Shown: positions 50,675-64,000, counted from the first letter of the stretch. The stretch is 64,000 nucleotides of DNA from Octopus sinensis (GCF_006345805.1 NC_043007.1:23932001-23996000); one strand, 5' to 3'. Made by a program: numbers and translations. Notes: generated from the sequence alone by a model not told the origin.

Positions 50675-50980
50675 TCTGCTTTCCATGCTGGCATGGGTTG
50701 GACAGTTTGACTGAGGACTGGCAAGCCACAAGGTGGTACCAGGCTCCAATCTGATCTAGTAAAGTTTCTACAGCTGGATGCCTTCCTAATGCCAACCACT
50801 GGCACAAGGGCAAGTCAGGTGGCACTGGCAATGACCACACTTGAATGGTGCTTTTTACATACCACTGGCATAGAACCAGTCAATTCTACTCCCCATCTCA
50901 CTTGGCTGCGGGGGGTGTCTTTGTCTTGTAAGTTACCTGGTGACCTCACTGGTGCTGATGTCATGTAAAAAAGCACCCAG
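50675..50980 (-). mobile_element. RTE LINE 3' end (family C)
   Basis: GCTTTCCATGCTGGCATGGGTTGG..GGATGCCTTCCTAATGCCAACC. Confidence 0.75.
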
Positions 50981-50997
50981 AACAGTTTTTTTTTTAC

Positions 50998-51120
50998 AGC
51001 AGTGAGCTGGCAGAAACGTTAGCACGCCGGGCGAAATGCTTAGTGGTATTTCGTCTGCAGCTACATTCTGAGTTCAAATTCCGCCGAGGTCGACTTTGCC
51101 TTTCATCCTTTCGGGGTCGA
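50998..51120 (+). mobile_element. Family B SINE 5' half
   Basis: GAGCTGGCAGAAACGTTAG..GAGTTCAAATTCC..CCTTTCATCCTTTCGGGGTCGA. Confidence 0.85.
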
Positions 51121-51130
51121 TTATTCTATA

Positions 51131-51520
51131 GACGCAGGAGTAGCTGTGTGGTAAGTAGCTTGCTTACCAACCACATGGTTCCAGGTTCAGTCCCATTGCA
51201 TGGCACTTTGGGCAAGTGTCTTCTACTATAGCCTCAGGCCGACCAAAGCCTTGTGAGTGGATTTGGTAGATGGAAACTGAAAGAAGCCCGTCATATATAT
51301 GTATATGTATATATATGTGTGTGTTTGTATCCGCAACATCGCTTGACAACCAATGCTGGTGTGTTTACGTCGTAACTTAGCGGTTCAGTAAAAGAGACCG
51401 ATAGAATAAGTACTAGGCTTACGAGGAATAAGTTCTGGGGTCGATTTGCTCGACTAAAAGGTGGTGCTCCAGCATGGCCTCAGTCAAATGACTGAAACAA
51501 GTAAAATAGTAAAATAAAAA
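51131..51520 (+). mobile_element. Full-length family A CORE-type SINE
   Basis: A box TAGCTGTGTGG, B box GGTTCAGTCCC, CORE-like GGCACTTTGGGCAAGTGTCTT, tail GACTGAAACAAGTAAAA. Confidence 0.9.
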
Positions 51521-53027
51521 AAAAAAGTAAATGTTTCTATTTTCACTTTTGTTAAACACAATATTTTAATCATTTAGAAATATTTTTAATTGAATGTAAT
51601 TTAAAACATTTAAGTTGTTTGTACAGTAAGTATTTATATTTTAGCTTTCTTTGAACAGACAGTATTTTAATGTTTTTTAAAATTATATTCAAGTGAATAC
51701 CATTACAGAAAATTTTTTTGGTATATTTAAAAAATATTCTAAAGTGAAAATGACTTTAAAAATATGGTAAATATTTTGTAAAAGACCTGTTTGTAACCTC
51801 AGTGTGAAATAGTTTTTTTGGAGTGCATACATGGTATCTCACCTCGAAAAATTTGGCTGCTATGTCTAGCCTGCCCTGCTACCACATAACAGCTGTTTGC
51901 GATAAAGGACCTGAAATAGTTGTTATGTGGTAGCAGGGTGTGTAAGAAATAGCAGCCAAATCTTTCCTTTTCTGGGGAAAGGAGCCGTTTACACATGATT
52001 TCAATGTTACATTTATTGAAAGCATGTGAAATAACCTGGAAAAGGCAAAAAATACCCCCACAAAACAAAACTCCGTTGCTGGAAAAGTCAGAGTTTCCTG
52101 GTGACCCAGTTGGTCATGGATAGTCTAGTCTGTCTATATACACAGCATTAGCCCAAAATCTATACGTATATTCTATAGTCATTCATTGTTCATTGCTTGC
52201 ATATATATATGTGTGTGTGTGTGTGTACTCCTCAACTTTAGATGGTATTAGGGACTGATAAACACATTGCTAGTCAAAATGCAGCTTTATATAAATACAG
52301 AAAAATACGAAAAATGAAAATAGAGCTTGTCGTATATTTTGTGGCCTACATACACATACAACCTGGCATTGTTGGTGATGTTGGACTGGTTTTTTTTTTT
52401 TGGAGTTAAATAGGAAAAAGGCAAGAAGAATAGGGTGTTCAATTGTGTGTGAGGCAGCAAAACTTGTTGAATGCACAGATTAGGTAACAGGTGCTGGAGG
52501 ATCAGAAAAAAGAGCACAAACATATAAAGGCTTATTTTAAAAAAAGTACTTATTGTAGACTAAAAAGAATGTGTTTTTTCGTTTATATTAAGACATAGCT
52601 TCCTAAGCTTGCATTTCAAAATTGCTGATCGTTAACAACCAGACCTAAAACATTTGCACTACCTTAGCAAGTGCAGAGGATTCTTTTGCCAGCTGTCTAG
52701 TTTTTCATTTCTTTGATGTATTCTAGTGTCATTGGCATGTTTTTGTCAGAGTTTCAAACAAATTCTTTGCTTTAACCTGTATAATTAAAAGGCTGAAACT
52801 ATTCATTTTAGAGTTTGGTCTCCCAGTTATATGACTAAAAATTTTTCTGTTTTCCTAGTTATCGCATGTCTTGTTTTAAAGATTGTAGATTTAAAGGATA
52901 TTGATATAATAGAAAGGCACAGGTATTGTTTTGTAATTAAGAGGTTTGCTTCTCATCTATGTGGTTTCAGTTTTAGTCTGATGCTTAACACTTCAACTAT
53001 AGCTCTGAGCTGATCAAAACCTCATAA

Positions 53028-53295
53028 GTGGGTCACTCCGAAAAGCTCTATATACGACGATTTCATCTCAATCGAAGGAGAGGGGCTTTCGCCATCCGGG
53101 TTGCAGATCCGTGGAATAAGCTGCCGGACAAGATAGTGAAGATGCTGACAACCACTCGGTTCAAAGTCTCTCTTGACCAGAAATGGCCTAAACTATGTAC
53201 CCTCCCTGTACATAGCTCCCTGTCCCCCAACATGGCCTTGCTTTTGCTTTTTGAGCCAATAAAAATTGAATTGAATTGAATTGAAACTGAAAATA
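53028..53295 (+). mobile_element. CR1-clade LINE 3' fragment (second family)
   Basis: GHSEKLYIRRFHLNRRRGAFAIRVADPWNKLP..FKVSLD; (AATTG)n tail. Confidence 0.8.
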
Positions 53296-54012
53296 AACTT
53301 GTTGCATATATATTTTATATGCAACATGCACACACACACACAATGTCTGTGTGTATATGTGTGTGTTCATAAAAGCTGTGTCTTTCATTTCCAGTCTTCC
53401 TTGCAAACATGTCTAGCCATGTTCATATATTGGAAAGAGATGAGGGTTGGTGACAGCAAGGGCATCTAAACGTAGACAATCCATCTGATCCATGCAAGCA
53501 TGGAAAAGTGAACATTAAAACAATGATAATGCATTTAGTACATCATTTACACAATTTAAAACATTGGAGATTGTATATCAAGACAAACTGAAGTTATGTG
53601 TAAGCACTGAAAAAGATTTTCTTCTTTCATACTGGGCTATGATCCTTAATTTTCTTTCAAAATTGATTGATTTTTCTTCTTCTCCACGCTCCTGCTACTA
53701 GCCGGAGATTCACTTTAACACTTGCAGTTTTGGGGTTAATGCACAACAGGTACACACAGCAAAAATTAAAGTAGAAGAAAAATTGAAATACACATCACTA
53801 AGCCATGCAGTGAATGAGAGGGAGAGACAATGCAATGTGATTTTCAAGGAAGCACAAATATAAGCAAACACATAGATATGCACACAAACACACACAGAAG
53901 CTACTTTCAGGTTCATCTTCCAAATCCATTCACAAGGCTTTTGTTTGACTATAGCTATAATCTTTATATATGTTTGTGTATATATATATGTATGTATGTA
54001 TATTTATATATA

Positions 54013-55251
54013 TCAGGCTGAGTAAATAGTAAGCGATGTTTTGAAACATGAAATTCATCACAACATATTTTGACAATGCGGAAATTTTATTCTTCAAAAT
54101 TATTGCAATCAACACATTTTTGCCAATGGGTTCCAAGTTTGTTTATTCTGGTAACATAAAAATCTGGAGTTCTGGAGATGATAAACTCTTTGAATGCACT
54201 TTCAGCATCGGTATGATTTTTGAACTCCTTCTCTCAAAGGAAACCATCAAGGTCCTTGAAAAAAGTAGTAGTGTTGCAGAAAGGTCTGGGAAATAAGCTG
54301 GGTGGGGAAGAACTTCGTAGCCAAGTTCCCTCAACCTCTGGAGCATCATTAGTGAAATGTGTGGTGGTTGAGCATTTTCATGAAGAATGATTGGCACTCT
54401 TCTGTTGACCAGTCAGGGATGGAGGAGTAGCAATTTTTCATTCATTTTGGCAATTTCATGGCAATATGTTTCTGCAGTAATGGGTTTTCTGGGTTTTAAG
54501 AAGTTATAGTGGATGAGTCCCACAGTACACCACCAAACAGTCACCATAACCTTCTTTTTGAAGAGCTCGGGTTTAGGGAAGATTTTAGATGCTTCATTTT
54601 GGTCCAGCCATTGCAAAGAATGGTTTTTATTATTGTACAGAATCCACTTTTCATTGCAAGTTACAATACGGTCAAGAAATTGATTGGTCTGGTTACGGAG
54701 AAGAAGCAACAAGCAGATTTCATATCTGCACATTTTCTGATTTTCATTCAAATCATGTGGTACCCATTTGTTGAGCTTTTTTGATTGCAGGCAGTTTTCT
54801 GGCCAACTTGAAGTTCTTTTGCCAGTTCTCGGGTAGTTTTACATGGATCTATCTCAATGACAGTCTTTAATTGACTGTCATCAATGACAGATGGGCATCC
54901 ACTGCACTCACAATCTTCAAGGCTCAGGTCTCCACTGCAAAATCATTTAAACTATTTTTGAGCTGACCACTCACTGGTCATTTCCTCACCAGCAGTTTCA
55001 GCTGCTTTACATCCTTTTATGAAGTTGAATAGCAAAATTGCTTGAATATCACACTTTAACAGTTCCATTTCAGATGACTGTAACAATGGTGAAAAAAATA
55101 TCAACATTAATTTATCAATGCATTTGGGTAAGTCTATGTCTGTATTACCAGACAATTGTAAAAATATGTTTAAAAAAAAATTCAAAACTTTGCAAAATTC
55201 TGGTACAAATTCTTCATGGTTCAAAACATTGCTTACTTTTTACTCAACCTG

Positions 55252-55252
<1 letters not shown>
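54013..55252 (-). mobile_element. Full-length mariner transposon (second family, non-functional)
   Basis: TA|TCAGGCTGAGTAAATAGTAAGCGATGTTTTGAA ... TTCAAAACATTGCTTACTTTTTACTCAACCTGA|TA. Confidence 0.93.
54060..55068 (-). pseudogene. mariner transposase pseudogene
   Basis: MELLKCDIQAILLFNF.KG.KAAETA, IVTCNEKWILYNN, KKVMVTVWW, ILHENAQP, HPAYFPDLSAT; disrupted. Confidence 0.9.
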
Positions 55253-55283
<31 letters not shown>

Positions 55284-55290
55284 GTTTATC

Positions 55291-55323
<33 letters not shown>

Positions 55324-55559
55324 CACACATATAAGTAGACGGCCCTGCTTGATATGTAGAAAAGGCATAGGTAGAAACTCCATATGATGTACCCAGTGTA
55401 AGCTCTGGAAACATAAAAAGTGCAGCAATATCAGAGGAAGGTTAACAGGAAAAAAAGTTTTTGTGTATGGAAGTTGCACTGGTGCAGTAAATACTACAAA
55501 TGTACAGAAAATAGATTCCATCAAATGCCAGGGGAAAACTAGAAATAGTCAATAGTTTC

Positions 55560-56295
55560 CGTTATCTAAGTGACCAAGTCAGTAGTGGAGGTGGATGCTC
55601 CAAGAACATAGCTGCTAGAATAAGAATAGGCTGGGCAAAGTTCAGAGAGCTCTTACCTCTGCTGGTAATTAAGGGCCTGTCTCTTAGAGTGAAAGGCAGA
55701 TTATATGATGCCTGTGTGCAAACAGCCATGCTACACAGCAGTGAAACATGGGCTGTGGCTGACGAGGACATGCATAGGCTTGAAACTAGTATACTTTGCT
55801 TAATGTGCAATGTCAGTGTGCATGTATGACAGAGTGTAAACATCTTGAGAGCAAAGTTAGGCATAAGAGGCATCAGATGTGGTGTGCAAGTGATGCATAT
55901 GAACGAGGACAGCTGTGTAAAGAACTGCAAAGCTCTGACTGTGGAGGGATCCTGTAGAAGACGTAGACCCAGGAAGACATGGGACAAAGTAGTTAAGCAT
56001 TATCTTTGAATGCTGAGCCTCATGGAGATGATGACAAGTGACTGAAACCATTGGTGATATGACATGCTTGAGAAGATTAATGAAACCAAGAGAAATTGTA
56101 GTTGTGGCCAATGCTGGTGTCATTTAACTGTGTTGGTGGCATGTAAAAAGCACCCATTACACTCTTGGAGTGGCTGGCATTAGAAAGGGCATCCATGCCA
56201 AATCAGACAGGAACTTGGTGCAGTTTCAGTCAAACTGTCTAACTCATGCCAGCATGGAAAGCAGACACTAAATGATGATAATGATGATGATGATG
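55560..56295 (+). mobile_element. RTE LINE RT C-terminus plus 3' UTR
   Basis: YLSDQVSSGGGCSKNIAARIRIGWAKFRELLPLL..KGRLYDACVQTAMLHSSETW...RRRPRKTW, followed by the family C 3' UTR and (GAT)n. Confidence 0.9.
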
Positions 56296-56323
56296 TGTGT
56301 GTGTGTATGTACATATGTGTGTG

Positions 56324-56398
<75 letters not shown>

Positions 56399-56404
56399 TC
56401 ATAA

Positions 56405-56610
56405 TCATCATCATCGTTTAACGTCTGCTTTCCATGCTAGCATGGGTTGGACGATTTGACTGTGGAATGGCAAACCAGATGGCTGCACCAGGCTCCAATC
56501 TTGATCTGGCAAAGTTTCTACAGTCCTTCCTAATGCCAACGACCCCGAGAGTGTAGTGGGTGCTTTTACATGCCACCGGCACGAGGGCCAGTCAGGCGGT
56601 ACTGACAATA
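56405..56610 (-). mobile_element. RTE LINE 3' end (family C)
   Basis: (CAT)nCGTTTAACGTC..CATGCCACCGGCACG. Confidence 0.85.
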
Positions 56611-57669
56611 TATATATATATATACACATTCTGTATATCTGTGTTCTTGTATATAACTATTTGTGCCCCAGACTACATATGCAAAAATAAATTCTCACAA
56701 ATAATTATAAAGCCTGCATCAGACAGACCAAAATAAGCAAAAACAGATATGTAAATTGCATTAACCTTTGCACTCATACTTACACAACGTATAGACAGAC
56801 AAATAGATACCCAATACACACACACAACTCACACATTTATCTGTCTGTTGACAATGACATTTTTTGTCATACATATAAACACACCAAGCAACTAACAGCG
56901 ATTCCTTTAAAATATAAATAAAATCCATAAAATCTTCCCACCTGTCCCACTCCCCGGCTGTCCTCTAACATACCATATGCCTACCTGTACCATCACCCAC
57001 GCTTCTTTCTATCAGATTACGTGTTCAACTTTCTATCCAATCAATTTAGTTTCAATCTGTAGGCCGTCTCAGCAAACCCCTCCTCTGCTGCAGTAATTTT
57101 AACTCTTTTCTTTTCCATGCCAAACTATTCATCACATCCAGCACAAATTCGTGTTTGTCAAAGTATGATTGTCAGTGAAATCATAATTACTGCCTTTAGT
57201 ATATAGTTAGATAATTTTCTATCAGCCACTTCTTTGTCTTTGTGCTTAATTAATGAGAGTGAGAAAGTAAAATTTTCTGTTTGTATGTTGCAGTGTATGT
57301 TTATTAGTTTACTAAGTCTGACTGCCAAGTCCTGGTTACTGCAAATAAGTACAGTAATTTCCAGCTGAAAACTTTCCCTAAGTGATTTTATTACTGACAT
57401 TTGTTTTCTCTGTTTATCAGACTCTTTTGTATTTTTTTTTCTTTTCTATTTCTTTTCTCTCCATTTCAGCAACACACTTCATCTTATCTCTCTTCATTGC
57501 TTTCCTAATGCAGAAATTTTCCCACTTTAACTACACTAAAATGCAGTTTACTTTGATTAAAGTGATACAAGGAGGGAAATTAATAGATTTTTTTCCTTCT
57601 AAATTTAAAACAATATAAAGCAGAAAATTTAAAAAGCAAAAATGATAAAGTTTTGATTTGTGTACTGGC

Positions 57670-58160
57670 TATGACTATAGTGATGGTATGGTGTAGTGTT
57701 GGTTGTAGTATCAGTGATGGTATTTAATAGTGGTTGTAATAGTGCAGTGATGGTGTTAATAGTCGTGAAAGTGGAGCGGGTGGTTGTGTTGTGGTAGTAG
57801 TAATTGTACAGTGGTTGGATGGTTATAGAGGTGTGATGATTTGTAGCAGTGGTGGGAATAGTGTTGTAGGGGTGATGGTTATAGTGATTGTAGCAGCAGT
57901 GGAAATTGTTGTTGTGGTGTTGACTGTGCTAATGGTATAGTTGTGCTGGGAAGGAATGGTTGGAGAAGTGAAGGGGTGGGTTATGGTGGTTGTGGTGCAG
58001 CTGTGATTGTAGAGGTATGGTTGTTGTTGTTGTTAGTGGTGGTGGTAGTAGAAGTAGTATTTATACGTTGTAAAATGGTAGTAGTAACAGTTTTTGCACC
58101 GATGTAGTTGTAGTAGTGGTGGTGGTAGTAATGATAGTGGTAGTTGTAGTGTTAGAGGAA
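57670..58160. repeat. Degenerate (GGT/GTA/GTT)n low-complexity tract
   Basis: G/T-skewed trinucleotide-like sequence. Confidence 0.85.
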
Positions 58161-58333
58161 CACTTGCTGTGAATATTTTTCCTTTTTTTTTTTTACTTAT
58201 CTCCACCCTCACTCACTCTCCCTCTTTACTCTATTTTTCCTTTTGATCTCAACTCTGTCTCTCTCTCTCTTTTCCTCCTCTTCCTCCCCTCATTTAATGA
58301 CTTAGCTAAACATAGTGTCATTTATTCAACACC

Positions 58334-58486
58334 ATGGCTGATCAGGGAATACCTACCTCTGCTGGAGCTGTGTCTCCTAGCCAGGAATACTCAGAGACAG
58401 CACCAGAGGAAATGACTGCTGCAAATTGTGACTCTGATAGTGATGTCAGTGACTGGGAAGCCCCAGTGGATATTGATTTGGCCTCT
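58334..58486 (+). CDS. Short coding exon, probable alternative first exon of the same gene
   Basis: Kozak-like CACCATGG, in-frame TAG at 58313, non-repetitive acidic peptide MADQGIPTSAGAVSPSQEYSETAPEEMTAANCDSDSDVSDWEAPVDIDLAS, donor TCT|GTAAGC in phase 0 like the 38096 donor. Confidence 0.7.
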
Positions 58487-59809
58487 GTAAGCAATTTCAT
58501 CTTATATATATACATATATATACTCTGTCTCTGTCCCCATTATGACTGTGAGGTGAAAGGTTACTCTAGATTAGATAAAGCATTGCTTCCTTCAATCACT
58601 TTCATTTGATGCTATTGTTTGGTCCCAGGTCAACCCTGATTGAACAAACCTATATAGTCAGTCATTCCAGACTTAGTCATTATATGTGTGCATCTAGGGG
58701 TGACTAGGATTACATAATGTTGTTGAATGTGTTTTTCCCATTTTTTGTTTTTTTTCAAGACAGTGGTTTGACAGCGGTTTGGCTGCTATGTCTAACATGT
58801 TGAGTGACCATGCCGAGGCTTTCCCTCGCCACATTAGCTGGTCATAACTGTCAATCTTTTGTGTAGGTGTATATTCCTTCACAGTGTTGTGTCACTTGTC
58901 GCCAGTATTACTTGACAGATAATTTTCTCTTCAATGGGAAGTATCTATATAGGTCATTAATGTGCCTTTTATTTGTGTTGTTTTTATTTGTATGTGAGAG
59001 CAAGTTTCAAAAACATGTATATGTGAAAACTATCTCAATACCTTGTGTGTACGTGCGTGCATGCACAATTTCTTTTCCAGGTGTAGTTGAATGACTTGAA
59101 TTGAATATTTTACTAGTATATCTTATTAATCGTTCAAGTATAAAACAAGGTTTATTCTTAGAAGCAGGAAGGGTAAAAAGTGAATTGAACCCGCTACCCT
59201 CTATACTCTTTTATGATTATGAGTGCATGCCAGTAAGCATATACATGTGTACACACCTGAAAGCATACTGTTAATTGCCAAGCTAAAGTTATTGATTAAA
59301 ATTTCTCTGCTAAACAAAAGTTTAAACATTACACTATAGTTTTATTTTGTGCTCTTTTAAACTTTCAAACACTGTTATTCTAAAAACTAGCAGAAAAAAA
59401 AAATTTGTTCATATCTGTTCGGTGGGTCGGTGGGGGGGGGGGGCAATTATTTACCTGTTTCTCCATGAATAATAAATACCTGCTAAATAAATTTTTTTTT
59501 TTTTTTTTTATTAATGTTCTCTAACATTTGTCGCCTTGTTATAAATGTATGAAGAGGTGTAAGTCTCGAAGGTTGTTATTCGTCAAAGTGATTACATTTT
59601 GTTGGGTATGATTGTTACAATTTACTTAACTTTGGACTTTAACCACTAGCACCATTAACTTTGCAGCTACCGCCTGCTTTACTTACAACCAAATTGACAG
59701 CTAGTCATGGAATGGGTTGCTATATGGTTGCTCAACCTGCTGAAAATAACAGTCAGATTTTCCTCAAATCTAGCTCAAAAACCTTAAAAAAGGATACATT
59801 AAACATATT

Positions 59810-60057
59810 ATTATATATACATGTATCTATATATATATACGTATGTATGTATGCATATAGGTATATGTATGTATGCATATAGGTAGATGTATATATGTAT
59901 GTATGTGCATATATATATATATATATATGTATATGTATGCGTGTATATGTATGTATATATATATGTATATATATGTATACGTATGTATATATACATGTGT
60001 ATGTGTATATATATATGTGTGTGTGTATAGTTATGCATGTGTGTATATATATATGCA

Positions 60058-60097
<40 letters not shown>

Positions 60098-60513
60098 GTA
60101 TGTGCATGTATATATATATGTATGTATGTGCATATATATATGTATGTGCATATATATATGTATGTGCATATATATATATATGTATGTATGTGCATATATA
60201 TATGTATGTATGTGCATATATATATATATGTATGTATGTGCATATATATATATATGTATGTATGTGCATATATATATATATGTATGTATGTGCATATATA
60301 TATATATGTATGTATGTGCATATATATATATATGTATGTATGTGCATATATATATATATGTATGTATGTGCATATATATATATATGTATGTATGTGCATA
60401 TATATATATATGTATGTATGTGCATATATATATTATGTATGTATGTGCCAATATATATAATTGTATGTATGTGCATATATATATGTATGTATGTGCATAT
60501 ATATATATATATG

Positions 60514-60551
<38 letters not shown>

Positions 60552-60911
60552 ATGTATGTATGTATATTGTATATGTATACGTGTGTATATATACATATGT
60601 ATATGTATACGTTGTATATATACATATGTATGTGTATATATGTATATTTATATATGTGTGTATATATATATGTATATATATATATTTATGTGTGTGTATA
60701 TACTAATTCAATTTTGGGGGTTTAATTGATATGCGGGTATTCTATTTCAGATAATACAAAATAGCCTAATGAGTATATCTGAAAGTAAACTCATGGTATC
60801 AGTTTGCACATCACGAAATAATATATATACATGTGTATATATATATACATGTATATATGTATATATATGTGTGTGTATATGTATATATATGTATATATAT
60901 ATATATTATAT

Positions 60912-60944
<33 letters not shown>

Positions 60945-61340
60945 ATATATATTGTATATATGTTGATATATATTATGTATATATATGTATGTATATATAT
61001 ATATGTATATATATGTATATATGTATATGTATATATATGTATGTATATGTATATATGTATATATGTATGTATATATATGTATATATATGTATATATGTAT
61101 ATATATATGTGTATGTATATATGTGTATGTATATATGTATGTATATATATATATGTATGTATATATATATATGTATATATGTAAGTATATGTATATATAT
61201 GTTTATGTATATATGTAAGTATATGTATATATATGTTTATGTATATATGTGTATGTATATGTATATATGTATGTATATATATATGTGTGTATATATACAT
61301 ATGTGTGTGTGTGTATATATGTAACTATATGTATGTGTAT
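59810..61340. repeat. Long compound (TA)/(TATG) microsatellite with a ~26-bp higher-order unit
   Basis: TGTATGTATGTGCATATATATATATA repeated over ~60095-60510. Unique interruption at ~60705-60820. Confidence 0.95.
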
Positions 61341-61426
61341 ATTAAATTTATGAAGTTACTTCTGTCAGTACATTATGTATGAAATTACTTTCGTCAGTAA
61401 TTGGGAACTTCTTTCTGTCAGTAATT

Positions 61427-62437
61427 TGGTTAACTATATGGGTGATGAGGCTACAGCTGACGCCGCCAGATATTTTGAGCATCTCTGTGGTGATTCCTGA
61501 TGGGCCGGGGGCTTTCCCTGTCTTCATACTCTTAATTGCTTTATCTACCAAGGCACTGTCAATTCAGATAGCTGGTCTCTCTGTTGGGTCGACATTCAGC
61601 AGACTCTCTTTCTCCCATTCATTCTCTTTATTGAGCAATATTTCATAGTGGCATCTCCAAACCTCTCTCTTTGCAGTCTCATTTAGTGCAAGTGAACCAT
61701 CATGCATGCGGACACATTTCTATCCTACGACATCATGATTCTTTCTCACACACTGTCTTGCAACACAAAATATCTCAAGTCTTTGGTCTTCACAGTGCAG
61801 ATCATTGGCAAATATTTTGTTATCTGCTTCCCCTCTGGCTAAATAAACCTGTCTCCTAGCTTCCCTTCTGGCTGTCTGATACAATTCCCTGCTACCACCA
61901 TTCTTCCAGTCCTTCCAAGCCTGTTTCTTTTCTCTAATAGCCCTGTCAACAACATTGTTCCACCACCATGTTATTTTGGGTCAAGAGGGGACTTTGCACA
62001 GATCTGGTCAATGGTCCTCAGCAGGTTGTCCTGTAGAAACCTCCAGTTGTCTTCCACATCGTGTGAAGCTATATCCCCTTCTATCTTGTCAAACGCTTTG
62101 AGTAATACGTCTCTAAATCTCTGTCCATTCGCAGGACCTTAAGCTTCCAGACCCTTCTCCTCCATGCTGGTCGTCTTCTGGGCATCCATTTAGCCCTGAT
62201 CCTGAAGTCGCTAACTACCAGTCTATGTTGAGGAGTATGTTCTTCGCTTGGGAAGGTTTTGGCATTTATAAGCAGCCATCTTTCCCTTTTTCTGGTGAGG
62301 ATGTAGTCAATTTGGCTAGTGTGTCTGCCAGAACGGTAGGTGACTAGGTAACTGGAAGGGGTCCTGAAGTTAGTGTTGCAAAACATAAGATCATTTACAT
62401 TGCAGAACTCCAGCAGCCTGGTTCCCTCCTCATTGCA
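61427..62437 (-). mobile_element. RTE LINE internal fragment (AP endonuclease C-terminus, linker, start of RT)
   Basis: NEEGTRLLEFC..FCNTNF..VTYRSGRHTSQIDYIL..QHRLVVSD and AIKSMKTGKAPGPSGITTEMLK. Confidence 0.9.
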
Positions 62438-63294
62438 GTGATAATCGGAAGAGAGAGAGTGTGAGACAGACAGACAGAGTGAGGCAGAGAGAGAGAGAGA
62501 CAGACAGACAAAGAGAGAGTGAGGCAGAGAGGGTGGGGTATCAGAGTTAGGGTAGTCAGAACACGAGGGAGCAAAATATTCTTTTGGGATTGGGATTTGG
62601 GTAGTATAACTTAACGAAACAGCAAATGTCGATAATAATAAAATAGAATTGAAAAATCTTAGAGTTTTTGGTCAGCCAATCTATGACAAAATTAGAGAAA
62701 TCGACTAAAGGCAGTGCTCCAGCATGGCCGCAGTCAAATGACTGAAACAAGTAAAAGATATATATATATATGTATATATATATATAACGTATGTATGTTT
62801 ATAGGTTTCTTTTTCTCTCTTGCTCATCCCTCCCTATTTCTTCAATCTTTCTGCCCTTTACCTCTCTCCTCTCCTTCCACGTGACTGGTGTTCCGCCAAG
62901 CCTGACCTTTCTGTCTGGTTTGACTTCCATCCGTTCAGCATCTCTTATGTTCCTGCTGTTAGGCTTCACTCCACATATGCCAGCTTAATTTAATTTGTCC
63001 TTTGTCGAAAGACAACTGTTGTTAACGTCCTGTTGTTTGTATTTGTAATTGTGTACCATTTCTCCATTTTTCTCATCCTTGTTTTCGTATACATTTGCTT
63101 GCTTTCTTCCAAAGAATCTAGTGCTCTTAGCTTAGATTTTCTTGGGGCTTGCCAGATTGGAGCAGTCTCAAGTGTAACCGGCCGAAACTGCAGGAACGAT
63201 CTGGAACTCGACTGATGATAGAAAGCTCTGAATGACCCTTTCTTGTTTTTTCCTGTCCTTTGTATCATCTAACTGCCTGAATGTTTTGTTGTTG

Positions 63295-63497
63295 CATGTG
63301 TGTGTATATGTTTGTCCCCCCAACATCGCTTGACAACTGATGCTGGTGTGTTTATGTCCCCGTCACTTAGCGGTTCAGCAAAAGAGACCGATAGAATAAG
63401 TACTAGGCTTACAAAGAATAAATTCTGGGGTCGATTTCCTTGACTAGAGGCAGTGCTCCAGCATGGCTGCAGTCAAATGACTGAAACAAGTAAAAGA

Positions 63498-63500
<3 letters not shown>
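63295..63500 (+). mobile_element. Family A SINE 3' half
   Basis: Matches 51320-51510. Confidence 0.85.
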
Positions 63501-63539
<39 letters not shown>

Positions 63540-63574
63540 AAAACATAAAATGGGACAGGAACATAACAGGTGAT

Positions 63575-63611
<37 letters not shown>

Positions 63612-63830
63612 ATATAGGTATGTGTGTATATGTATGTATGTATGTGTGTGTATATATATGTATGTATGTATGTAGGTATATGTATGTATGTAGGTATATA
63701 TATGTATGTAAGTATATATATATATATATGTATGTATATAGGTATATATGTATATACACATATACCTATATACATACATATACCTATATATATATACATT
63801 ATATATATATATATATAGATATATATAAAG
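63500..63830. repeat. (TA)/(TATG) microsatellite
   Basis: Seen directly in the sequence. Confidence 0.9.
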
Positions 63831-64000
63831 ATTAATGGTCATGACTGGAATGTCTTGATGATAGGTTTGCTCAATGAAGTCTAATGTTAATTGACCACTA
63901 AAACAACTATATTATTATGAGCAGGTGAATTTACGTGCTTAAGCATCCAATTGTTTAAGATAGAACTAGTGCACTTGAGGTAGTAAGGAAGAAAACTTTA

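Noticed and set aside
59753-61324. Long ORFs (up to 290 aa) of Y/I/M/C/V/H
   Set aside because: Translations of (TA)/(TATG) microsatellites.
63175-63235. GGCCGAAACTGCAG...CTGATGA as a hammerhead
   Set aside because: The boxes are in permuted order, with no stem II partner and no UH triplet.

Overview
Eukaryotic, AT-rich, repeat-dense genomic DNA. The repeat repertoire (tRNA-derived CORE- and Meta-type SINEs, RTE LINE 3' ends with (GAT)n tails, long (TA)/(CA)/(TATG) microsatellites) suggests a coleoid cephalopod, probably Octopus (inference). Most of the window looks intronic. Two plus-strand host exons are supported: a 1.2-kb Ser-rich exon (36901-38096) resembling the N-terminal region of inositol-trisphosphate 3-kinase, and a short Kozak-ATG exon (58334-58486) that may be an alternative first exon. 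The rest is decayed mobile DNA: a Penelope-like GIY-YIG fragment, RTE and CR1 LINE fragments, two full-length but inactive mariners, piggyBac, hAT and pogo MITEs, Helitrons and SINEs. The most interesting signal is a set of sequence-unrelated foldback (inverted-repeat) elements, each carrying a decayed minimal hammerhead-ribozyme-like core. One of them has a tRNA-like Pol III head and a target-site duplication, making it a candidate Penelope-mobilised SINE or retrozyme. A second signal is tandem ~60-nt units in RTE 3' UTRs that can each fold as a hairpin plus a compact A-rich H-type pseudoknot. Most ORFs in the supplied track are microsatellite artefacts. All calls were made by eye; TE boundaries without a stated TSD or TIR are approximate.
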